Positions 39,218 through 47,517 of a stretch of 64,000 nt of DNA are shown here, in pieces. The number at the start of each line of letters is the position of its first letter. Within the stretch, counting starts at the first letter, position 1. This DNA is from a virus, in the IMG/VR virus record IMGVR_UViG_3300021135_000003; one strand, 5' to 3'. The notes under the pieces are model-generated. The model worked only from the letters and a program-made list of their open reading frames with translations, was not told the DNA's origin and did no database searches. The translations under genes and the position numbers were made by a program.

Positions 39218-39736
39218 ATGACTATTTCTATTCCAGCTGGCTTAAATCCACTATCCCCTAATGGGTTCAACTTTAGTATATCTAAAGTTCCTGATGTTAC
39301 ATTCTTTTGCCAACAAGCAAATATCCCAGGTATTACATTAGGTGATCCTGCATTTTCAACACCTTTTGCTACTGCTCCAGTTCCAGGTGATCATTTAACC
39401 TATGACACATTAACTGTTAATTTTATGGTTGATGAGCAGATGTCAAATTATAATGTAATCTATAATTGGATTGTTGCGTTGGGATTCCCAGAATCTTATA
39501 CACAATATACAAATTTACTTGCTGGTGATACAACACAATATGATGAACTTGCAAAAAATTATTCTGATGCAACTTTACAAATTTTAGATGCAAATAATAA
39601 TCCTGTAAGAACTATTACGTTTACTGATTGTTTCCCAATTGCATTAGAGTCATTAACTTTTGCATCTACTAATGTTGATGTTTCTTATTTAATCGGTTCT
39701 GCTACTTTTAGATTTACACTATATAAATTTACTTGA
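39218..39736 (+). CDS. gp3: Tail tube terminator / tail completion protein gp3
   Basis: N.LSPNGF.F…P.V.FFCQ.ANIPGI, PGD, F.VDE…NY..IYNW, SDATLQIL and FP..L. Confidence 0.85.
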   Translation: MTISIPAGLNPLSPNGFNFSISKVPDVTFFCQQANIPGITLGDPAFSTPFATAPVPGDHLTYDTLTVNFMVDEQMSNYNVIYNWIVALGFPESYTQYTNLLAGDTTQYDELAKNYSDATLQILDANNNPVRTITFTDCFPIALESLTFASTNVDVSYLIGSATFRFTLYKFT

Positions 39737-39761
39737 CTTTATTGCAGATTTATAGTATAAT
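39733..39761 (+). promoter_or_regulatory. sigma70-type promoter for uvsY
   Basis: TTGACT-N17-TATAAT. Confidence 0.75.
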
Positions 39762-39778
39762 GTTATTTTGAGGTTATT

Positions 39779-40216
39779 ATGAATATAGAACAGTTGCAGG
39801 ATATGTGGGATGTTGATTGCCAAATAGATGATAATTATCTTGGTGAAACAACCACAGCTACGCCCAAACTCCACGCTAAGTATTTAAAACTACTTGTCAA
39901 TGTCAAACTTAAACATACTAAGTTAAGTTCTGACGCAAACATTCTCCGCAAAAACAAATTTCGTTTATATCGTGGCGAGTTATCACGTGATGAATTAACA
40001 CAACTTGGTTGGGAACAATGGCAAGGTGTTAAACCATTAAAGAATGAAATGGATGAATTCTTAACAGGCGATACAGAATTAAATACATTAAAAATAAAAA
40101 TTGATTATCTTGAGACAATGATATATTTTCTTGAATCAGTCCTTGGTCAAATTAAAGCAAGAGACTGGCAAATTAAAACTGCTGTTGAGTGGAAGAAATT
40201 CCTTGCTGGAATGTAA
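39779..40216 (+). CDS. uvsY: Recombination mediator UvsY
   Basis: W..D..IDD..L…PKLHAKYL…I..R.WQIK.A.EW.KF; precedes uvsW. Confidence 0.88.
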   Translation: MNIEQLQDMWDVDCQIDDNYLGETTTATPKLHAKYLKLLVNVKLKHTKLSSDANILRKNKFRLYRGELSRDELTQLGWEQWQGVKPLKNEMDEFLTGDTELNTLKIKIDYLETMIYFLESVLGQIKARDWQIKTAVEWKKFLAGM

Positions 40217-41700
40217 TGATAAAGATTGAAAAACTTGATGAAGTTTTTGTTCGCATATTTTCTGACCCAAGTGTTGAACAAGAACTAGGTGACTTCTTCA
40301 CTTATGAATATCCAGGTGCTAGGTTTACACCTCAATTCAGAGCAAGACTCTGGGATGGTAAAGTGCGTTTGTATGATGTTATTCGTAAAACACTTTATAT
40401 CGGTTTGCTTGATTATGTAAAAGATTTTGCTGAAAGGAATCAGTATGAAATACAATATGTTAAACCAGAAAACTTCGTACAAAATAATATCGTTTACAGT
40501 GACATTGAACGATGGGTCAAAACACTCAATCCTCAATCCAAAAATGAAGCAATCACAGTACGAGATTACCAATGTGATGCAATCCATAAAGCAATCAATT
40601 CTGAACGAGTATTACTCTTATCGCCAACAGCGTCAGGTAAGTCCCTAATCATCTATTCAATACTTCGATGGCATTTAGAAAATAATCGCAAATGTATTAT
40701 TATAGTTCCAACCACTTCATTGGTTGAACAATTATATACTGACTTCGAAGATTATTCAACTGTAAATGGTTGGGATACAAAATTACATTGTCAAAAACTT
40801 TATAGTGGTTATACTAAAGATTTTACTAAAGATGTTTTAATTACAACTTGGCAATCTGTTTATCTTCAACCAAAATCTTGGTTCAAACAATTTGATGTTA
40901 TCTTTGGCGATGAAGCCCATCAATTTAAAGCGAAATCCCTTACTGGGGTTATGGAAAAGATGGATTCTATTAAATACCGTATTGGAACTACAGGAACTCT
41001 TGATAATAAGAAAGTTCATAAATTAGTTCTTGAAGGTGTTTTTGGTCCAGTGCATAGGGTCACCACTACCAAGAAATTAATGGATAGTGGGAAACTCGCT
41101 GACCTAAATATCATGTGTGTGTTATTAAAATATAATGAAGAGATTCGTAAGGAACGTAAAAATAAAACGTACCAAGAAGAAATGGATTGGCTAGTATCTT
41201 GTGAACCAAGAAATAAGTTTATCCGAAACTTGGCAGTAAATTCTAAAGGAAATACGCTAGTCCTTTTTCAATACGTTGAAAAGCATGGCAAGGTTCTTTA
41301 CGAACTTATTAAATCTAAAGTGCATGATAAAAGAAAAGTGTTCTTTGTTTATGGTGGCACTGAAACTACAGATAGAGAAGCAATTCGCCATATAACTGAA
41401 GGCGAAAGTGACGCTATTATTATTGCATCTTTTGGTACGTTTAGCACAGGGATTAATATCCCATCATTAGAAAATGTTATTTTTGCTTCACCATCTAAAA
41501 GTAAAATACGTAACTTACAAAGTATTGGTCGTGGGTTAAGATTAAAAGATGGCAAAACTACATGTAACTTATTTGACCTTGCTGATGATTTACATTGGAA
41601 GTCTTGGAAGAATCATACTTTAAATCATGCAGCAGAGCGTTATAAAACTTACGCTGAAGAAGAGTTTAAAGTTAAACTGGTTGAGGTAGATTTATGTTAA
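40216..41700 (+). CDS. uvsW: SF2 DNA helicase UvsW
   Basis: RDYQ, SPTASGKS, DEAH, GTTGT, TFSTGINI and LQSIGRGLR. Start placed at ATG 40216, overlapping the uvsY stop. Confidence 0.95.
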   Translation: MIKIEKLDEVFVRIFSDPSVEQELGDFFTYEYPGARFTPQFRARLWDGKVRLYDVIRKTLYIGLLDYVKDFAERNQYEIQYVKPENFVQNNIVYSDIERWVKTLNPQSKNEAITVRDYQCDAIHKAINSERVLLLSPTASGKSLIIYSILRWHLENNRKCIIIVPTTSLVEQLYTDFEDYSTVNGWDTKLHCQKLYSGYTKDFTKDVLITTWQSVYLQPKSWFKQFDVIFGDEAHQFKAKSLTGVMEKMDSIKYRIGTTGTLDNKKVHKLVLEGVFGPVHRVTTTKKLMDSGKLADLNIMCVLLKYNEEIRKERKNKTYQEEMDWLVSCEPRNKFIRNLAVNSKGNTLVLFQYVEKHGKVLYELIKSKVHDKRKVFFVYGGTETTDREAIRHITEGESDAIIIASFGTFSTGINIPSLENVIFASPSKSKIRNLQSIGRGLRLKDGKTTCNLFDLADDLHWKSWKNHTLNHAAERYKTYAEEEFKVKLVEVDLC

Positions 41701-42143
41701 CTGGTAACGAATTCTATGTAGTAATGAAACTTACTACTGGTGAACAAATTATGGGTGTTCTTGAACAAGAAGACTCAACGCACCTCCAAATAATTTCCCC
41801 AATGATTATTAGATCTATTCCTATTCCACAAGAAGGTAGAGAGCATATAACTGCTCACCCTTATTGCCAGTTCACAAACGACAATGTGTTTGATATAGAT
41901 AAGAAAAATGTTATTTACATTAAACCTCTTAAAGAGATTATGATACCACATTATAAAAGAATTGTAATGCAACATGAACGAGAAGATAGTGTTGAAGTTG
42001 CTACTGAGATAACAGCAGAAGAAGCGAGAAAACGAATTAGAATGTTAGCGGATATCTTTGGGGATGAATTAGATAGTGCTTTGGGAGAAGAAACAGAAAA
42101 AGAACCAAGTCACTTCGTAGAAGGAAACGATACTAAACATTAA
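41694..42143 (+). CDS. Conserved T4-like protein, Sm-like fold suspected
   Basis: VMKLTTGEQIMG start, typical of the small protein between uvsW and gp55. Confidence 0.6.
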   Translation: MLTGNEFYVVMKLTTGEQIMGVLEQEDSTHLQIISPMIIRSIPIPQEGREHITAHPYCQFTNDNVFDIDKKNVIYIKPLKEIMIPHYKRIVMQHEREDSVEVATEITAEEARKRIRMLADIFGDELDSALGEETEKEPSHFVEGNDTKH

Positions 42144-42166
42144 CTAATATCAAACCCGACATGGTT

Positions 42167-42195
42167 ATTATACCCACTGTTGGCGCACAAGGCAA
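42167..42195 (-). promoter_or_regulatory. Leftward (antisense) sigma70-type promoter
   Basis: Minus strand reads TTGCCT-tgtgcgccaacagtggg(17)-TATAAT. Confidence 0.55.
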
Positions 42196-42231
42196 ATTTA
42201 AATGACTGCAAGATGCATAGTCAAATGAAGT

Positions 42232-42260
42232 TTGCCTTTTTTCATTATATAAGGTATACT
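42232..42260 (+). promoter_or_regulatory. sigma70-type promoter for gp55
   Basis: TTGCCT-N17-TATACT. Confidence 0.6.
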
Positions 42261-42297
42261 TACTGTATGTTGATAATTATAGGAAACAAATAATGCT

Positions 42298-42936
42298 ATG
42301 GCTCATTACGTAAACAATAAAGACTTTCTCGCAGCAATTGTTGAGATGAAAACAAAAGTTAAACATGCTGAAGAGAATGGTTTACCTAAACCAGTTATTA
42401 GTAATTATATCGGTGAGTGTATTTTAAAAATCGCAACTCATTTATCATATAAACCAAACTTCATTGGATATTCATATCGCGATGATATGATTCTTGATGG
42501 GATTGAAAACTGTATTCAGTATATAGATAACTTTGATCCATCTAAATCAAGCAATCCTTTCGCATACTTTACGCAAATTATTTACTACGCATTTTTACGT
42601 AGGATAGCCAAAGAAAAGAAACAGTCTTATATTAAAGGTAAGTTAATTCAGAACATGCCTTTTGAAGCATTTGAATTACAAGATCAAGATGATGGTGGTG
42701 AGTTCCATAACGCATATCTTGAATTTATGCAGCAGAATAATACGTTTGATGATTTTATCGGCAGGAAAAAAGAAAAAGCTGCCAAGAAAAAAATGGAAAA
42801 TACACTTAACGCATTTATAGGTGAAGAACAAAATGTCAATGACGAGCAGAGCAGTGAGGGAATGGATACGGGACTTGTCGGTATCGACTCGATCTTATCC
42901 ACCGATTCGGTCGAGGAAGAAAAACAGAAAGACTAA
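42298..42936 (+). CDS. gp55: Late transcription sigma factor gp55
   Basis: HYVNNKDF, YIGEC..KIA..LS..PNF..Y.YRDDMI.DGIENC and NPFAYFTQIIYYAFLRRI.KEKKQ. Confidence 0.95.
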   Translation: MAHYVNNKDFLAAIVEMKTKVKHAEENGLPKPVISNYIGECILKIATHLSYKPNFIGYSYRDDMILDGIENCIQYIDNFDPSKSSNPFAYFTQIIYYAFLRRIAKEKKQSYIKGKLIQNMPFEAFELQDQDDGGEFHNAYLEFMQQNNTFDDFIGRKKEKAAKKKMENTLNAFIGEEQNVNDEQSSEGMDTGLVGIDSILSTDSVEEEKQKD

Positions 42937-44005
42937 AAAAACTATCAGAAAGTTTACTTGGGATGCTTCTGATAATATGTTTTATTTGAATAAGATTATG
43001 AACGAAAATACAAACGAAAAAATATTTTTAGGTGTTAGTGATTTTGATGATATGATTACTTCAGAAATTCTGAAGCGTCGTGTTGAAGCAGGAGAGCGCA
43101 CTATCCATCGCGAAACTAATGTTCTTTGTAATAGAGAACACTGGGCTGAATGGGCTGAAGAAACTTTCAAGAACGACCTTCATGTGCAAGGTAATTCTTC
43201 TAATGGTTTTATTATTGAACGTGATACTAATAACTATATCAAGTTCGATGTTAATAGCAATACAACTACTGTTCGTGCTTATGGTGATGTGCATTTTGCA
43301 GACGCTATTATTGCATTAGTTGAATCTAAATTTGATATTGTTACTTGTCACATCGAATGGGTTTATGGTGGTGATGGTCAATCAGTTAATGTTCCACTTA
43401 ATCGCGATCGTTTACCTTGTGCTGAAATGTATCCTTTCTTAAAAGGAGAAACCCTTGAATCATATTATGATCGTTACATGGAATCTTCTGCGAATATTCT
43501 TTTGTTAATTGGTCCACCTGGAACTGGCAAAACTACATTCATCCGTGGCTTACTTGCTCACACAAACTCCTCAGCTATTGTATCTTATGATGCAGCAATC
43601 TTAGATAAAGATGGTTTCTTTGCTCGTTTTATTGAAGGAGACGAAAGCATTATGGTTCTTGAGGATAGTGACGCATTCCTTAAACCACGCAGTGATGGTA
43701 ATACAATGATGCATCGTTTCCTTAACGTAGGTGATGGTCTTGTTACAACCAAAGGTAAGAAAATGATTTTCTCTACCAACTTACCATCTATCCGTGATAT
43801 CGATTCTGCCTTGACTCGTCCAGGAAGATGTTTTGATATTGTTGAATTCAAACCACTGTCTTTGTTTGATGCTAAAAAACTAGCAGAAAAATTAGATGGT
43901 TCTGTTCCTGAAGTTTCTCCAGGTAAAGTTGTTGAGTTTTCTATCGCTGAAATCTTTAATACACAAACTAATAAGCCAACTGAGCGAAAGGTAGGGTTCA
44001 TTTGA
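42833..44005 (+). CDS. AAA+ ATPase (BCS1-like single AAA domain); start uncertain (42833 or 42998)
   Basis: Walker A GPPGTGKT, Walker B variant VLEDSD, FLN..DG, STN and ID.AL.RPGR. Confidence 0.85.
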   Translation: MSMTSRAVREWIRDLSVSTRSYPPIRSRKKNRKTKKTIRKFTWDASDNMFYLNKIMNENTNEKIFLGVSDFDDMITSEILKRRVEAGERTIHRETNVLCNREHWAEWAEETFKNDLHVQGNSSNGFIIERDTNNYIKFDVNSNTTTVRAYGDVHFADAIIALVESKFDIVTCHIEWVYGGDGQSVNVPLNRDRLPCAEMYPFLKGETLESYYDRYMESSANILLLIGPPGTGKTTFIRGLLAHTNSSAIVSYDAAILDKDGFFARFIEGDESIMVLEDSDAFLKPRSDGNTMMHRFLNVGDGLVTTKGKKMIFSTNLPSIRDIDSALTRPGRCFDIVEFKPLSLFDAKKLAEKLDGSVPEVSPGKVVEFSIAEIFNTQTNKPTERKVGFI

Positions 44006-45057
44006 AAGTAGCAATTATTACTGATCAGCATTTCGGTGCTAGAAATGATAGTGTTGCGTTTTTAGATTTCTTCCAAAAATTCTATGACAATACTTTTTTT
44101 CCTACTCTTGATGCATCTGACATTGACACTGTTCTTATTCTTGGTGATACTTTTGATAGACGCAAGTACGTCAATTTTTATGCTTTGGACAGAGCCAAGA
44201 AAATGTTCTTTGACAAATTGGAAGAACGTGGTATTACTGTTTATATGCTTGCTGGTAATCATGACACCTATTATAAAAATACCAATGAAGTAAATTCTCC
44301 TGATTTGTTATTAAATGAATACAATAACATTGAAGTTATTGCTGAGCCAAAAACTATTAACGTAAATGGCTTTGAGGTTTGTATGTTACCTTGGATCTGT
44401 CCTGAAAACTATCAACAAAGTATTGATGAAATAAAGAACACCACAGCTACGTTATGCATGGGGCATTTGGAGATTGCTGGGTTCGCAATGTATAGAGGAA
44501 TGGAAAGTCATGAAGGATTTTCTGCAGAAATTTTCAACAAATTTGATTTGGTGTTTAGTGGTCATTATCATCATCGTAGTAACGACCGCAATATTTACTA
44601 TTTGGGAAATCCGTACGAACTTACTTGGCAGGATTATAACGATCCCAGAGGATTCCACTTGTTCGACTTCTCTACAAGACAACTCGACTTCATTAAAAAT
44701 CCTTATCGAATGTTCGAAAGACTCGAGTACACCGACAAGGAAACCGACCCGATCGACATTGATCAGTTAGAACTAAAAGAGAAATATGTAAAATTAGTTG
44801 TTTTGGAAAAAACTGATTTTTATAAATTTGACAAATTTATTCAGAAGTTATATAATAAAGGCTGCCACGAAATTAAAATTGTGGAAGACTTTTCTGAATT
44901 TGAAGCAGGTGAAATCAATGAGGAGATTAACTTAGAAGATACAGTTTCTGTTCTTTCTAATTATATTGAATCAATTGAAACTGATGTTGATAAAGAAAAA
45001 GTTAAGTCATATATGCGTGGCTTATATACTGAGGCAATTAACATAGAGGTAGTCTAA
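44002..45057 (+). CDS. gp47: Recombination endonuclease subunit gp47 (Mre11/SbcD-like)
   Basis: TDQHFG, LGDTFDRRK, GNHD, GHLE and SGHYH; TTG start. Confidence 0.95.
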   Translation: MKVAIITDQHFGARNDSVAFLDFFQKFYDNTFFPTLDASDIDTVLILGDTFDRRKYVNFYALDRAKKMFFDKLEERGITVYMLAGNHDTYYKNTNEVNSPDLLLNEYNNIEVIAEPKTINVNGFEVCMLPWICPENYQQSIDEIKNTTATLCMGHLEIAGFAMYRGMESHEGFSAEIFNKFDLVFSGHYHHRSNDRNIYYLGNPYELTWQDYNDPRGFHLFDFSTRQLDFIKNPYRMFERLEYTDKETDPIDIDQLELKEKYVKLVVLEKTDFYKFDKFIQKLYNKGCHEIKIVEDFSEFEAGEINEEINLEDTVSVLSNYIESIETDVDKEKVKSYMRGLYTEAINIEVV

Positions 45058-45359
45058 TGAGTCAATTAGAGATTCAATATTTCTTTCCACTTACGGAACA
45101 GATTGAACTTGATTTAGATTTTTCTCAGTGTTCTCCGCACCAATATTATTATCGTGCTCAAGGTATAGCTGGTCTTCATGGACCAATTCCTGTTGGTATG
45201 CAATACAGAAATGCTGTACTTGTTAGTGATGGTGGAACAGGAGCAACTTGGTCTCAACGTATTGGTGAATGGGAAATTCCCAGTGAAAAAAAACAACCAA
45301 GCAAACTTCAAAAGTTTATGATGAAGTATTTCTTGGGTTGGAAATGGATGGGTAAATGA
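45057..45359 (+). CDS. Hypothetical protein inserted between gp47 and gp46
   Basis: GAGG SD; coupled overlaps at both ends. Confidence 0.65.
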   Translation: MSQLEIQYFFPLTEQIELDLDFSQCSPHQYYYRAQGIAGLHGPIPVGMQYRNAVLVSDGGTGATWSQRIGEWEIPSEKKQPSKLQKFMMKYFLGWKWMGK

Positions 45360-47068
45360 TTGTATTTAAAAGTGTAAGCTGGAAGAACTTTTTATCAACT
45401 GGCAACTCACCCAATAAAGTATTACTAAACAAATCTCAAACTACTTTAATCATTGGTAAAAATGGTGAGGGTAAAAGCACAATCTTAGATGCTTTGTGTT
45501 TTTCTTTATTTGGTAAACCATTTCGTAATGTTAATAAAGGTCAGTTGGTTAACTCTATTAACAATAAGAATTGTTTAGTTGAGGTTGAGTTTGATATCAA
45601 TGGTAAAGAATATAAAATCATTCGTGGTATAAAACCAAACGTCTTTGAGATTTGGTGTGAGAATGAAATGATTAATCAAGATGCTGCTTCTCGTGATTAT
45701 CAAAAGATCCTTGAGCAACAAATCCTAAGATTAAATTATAAAACTTTTACCCAAGTTGTTATTCTTGGCTCGGCATCTTTCGTTCCATTTATGCAGTTAT
45801 CTTCATCGCAACGTAGGGAAGTTATTGAAGATATTTTAGATATTAGAATTTTCTCTACAATGAACTTGCTATTGAAAGAAAAAGCGCAGGAGACTAAAGA
45901 TGCCATACTACGGACTGAGAGTGAAATTAAAAGCGCAAAAGATAAGGTTGAAAATCAACAAGCGATTATCAAAACGATCACGGAAGCGAAAACTGAAAGT
46001 ATCAACAATATCTTATCAAAGATATCTGCGAACAATGCAGAGATTTTACACACAGAGAGCGAGATCGAACTTATCGTTTCGGAGATCGGTACTCTTAAAG
46101 CAAGCATCAATGATAAGGAAACTGTTACTGATGACATTGAAAAAGCAAAATCCTTTAAAAGTAAGTTGCTCCAAAAGATCGAAACTTGCGAGCATCAGTC
46201 AGAGTTTTTTAACGAGCACGATGTTTGCCCTTCATGTGACCAAGGTATCCCAGAGGAACATAAATCGAAAATTGTCGAGGAACTTAATTCAAAGTTGCTG
46301 GAACAAAATGGAAAAGTTAGCGAACTCGAAACAATCCTATCCAGCCTTAATGAAAAATTATCTGTCATTGCTGAAGTACAATCAAAAATTACCGAAAAAA
46401 ATATTGAGTTATCTACAAGAAACTCAGCAATCACCCTCCTCAACAAACAAATTAAAACGCTACAGGACGAAGCTGAAAGCGCAAAAACTGATACGGCAAA
46501 TATCGATGAGGAGAAGAACAAGTTAAAAGATCTAGCAAAAGATGCGCTAGATAAAATTGCTCAGAAGAATCAACTGCAAGAACATCGCAACATTGAAGAA
46601 GTTGCTAATGTGCTTTTGAAAGATACAGGTATTAAGACTGCTATTATTCGTGAATATCTACCAGCAATGAATAAGTTAATTAACAAGTATCTGAACGCAA
46701 TGGATACTTACATTCACTTTGAACTTGATGAAGCGTTCAACGAAAAGATTAAATCTCGTTTCCGTGATGAGTTTACTTACGCAAGTTTCTCTGAGGGTGA
46801 GAAAATGCGCATTGACCTTGCAATTCTTTTTACTTGGCGCCAAATAGCAAAAATGAAAAACTCAGTTAATACTAACCTACTTCTACTCGATGAAATTTTT
46901 GATTCAAGTTTAGATACAGCAGGTACTGATTATTTCCTAACCCTAATGAATCAGTTTGGTGAAAATTCAAACATCTTTGTTATTAGTCATAAAGGTGATC
47001 AGTTGTTTGATAAATTCAGATCTGTGATTAAATTTGAAAAACGAAACGACTTTTCAATTATCGTGTAG
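45356..47068 (+). CDS. gp46: Recombination ATPase subunit gp46 (Rad50/SbcC-like)
   Basis: KNFLSTG, GKNGEGKST, zinc hook CPSC, FSEGEK, LLLDE and ISH. Confidence 0.96.
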   Translation: MIVFKSVSWKNFLSTGNSPNKVLLNKSQTTLIIGKNGEGKSTILDALCFSLFGKPFRNVNKGQLVNSINNKNCLVEVEFDINGKEYKIIRGIKPNVFEIWCENEMINQDAASRDYQKILEQQILRLNYKTFTQVVILGSASFVPFMQLSSSQRREVIEDILDIRIFSTMNLLLKEKAQETKDAILRTESEIKSAKDKVENQQAIIKTITEAKTESINNILSKISANNAEILHTESEIELIVSEIGTLKASINDKETVTDDIEKAKSFKSKLLQKIETCEHQSEFFNEHDVCPSCDQGIPEEHKSKIVEELNSKLLEQNGKVSELETILSSLNEKLSVIAEVQSKITEKNIELSTRNSAITLLNKQIKTLQDEAESAKTDTANIDEEKNKLKDLAKDALDKIAQKNQLQEHRNIEEVANVLLKDTGIKTAIIREYLPAMNKLINKYLNAMDTYIHFELDEAFNEKIKSRFRDEFTYASFSEGEKMRIDLAILFTWRQIAKMKNSVNTNLLLLDEIFDSSLDTAGTDYFLTLMNQFGENSNIFVISHKGDQLFDKFRSVIKFEKRNDFSIIV

Positions 47069-47266
47069 TTGGAATTCCTAAGTCAACTCCTTCCAAAACT
47101 TATCTCTATGGTTTTATCTTGGATAGACCATGGGAATCTCCGCAACCGAGTCTATGAGTTGCAAGATCGGCTTGAAACCCTTGAGATCGCTTTAGAGGAT
47201 ATAGAGCGGATGAATAAAGACCCTAAGATCCATAGGGTTATTCAGAACACTAAAAAACCCTTATAA
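47069..47266 (+). CDS. Small hypothetical coiled-coil protein
   Basis: TTG start adjacent to the gp46 stop; LRNRVYELQDRLETLEIALEDIER heptads. Confidence 0.45.
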   Translation: MEFLSQLLPKLISMVLSWIDHGNLRNRVYELQDRLETLEIALEDIERMNKDPKIHRVIQNTKKPL

Positions 47267-47345
47267 ATCAACAACTTACGATTATAGTCAAATTTCGCTT
47301 TACTTTTACAAAAAGATGGCGTATAATAGTTGTATAAATGATGAA
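47264..47345 (+). promoter_or_regulatory. Repeated early-promoter cassette, copy 1 (IHF-consensus site plus TTTACT-N17-TATAAT)
   Basis: AATCAAcaacTTA at 47266-47278, -35 at 47299-47304, -10 at 47322-47327; shared tail ggcgtataatagttgtataaat. Confidence 0.8.
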
Positions 47346-47357
47346 AAGGTGATAAAT

Positions 47358-47516
47358 ATGTGGAATGAATTTAATGATTTTGAACTAGCCCAGTTGGCTG
47401 GTCAATATGGTCTAGAAGACTCATTAGTTTTCTCAGGTGAACTTTCCTTAGCAAATCGTGCTGAAGTTGAGTCATTGCTGACTTTAGCAGAACACGATAT
47501 GGCGTTTGGAGAATAA
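47358..47516 (+). CDS. Small acidic early protein (52 aa)
   Basis: AAGGTG SD, then MWNEFNDFELAQL…; directly after the promoter cassette. Confidence 0.6.
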   Translation: MWNEFNDFELAQLAGQYGLEDSLVFSGELSLANRAEVESLLTLAEHDMAFGE

Positions 47517-47517
47517 T

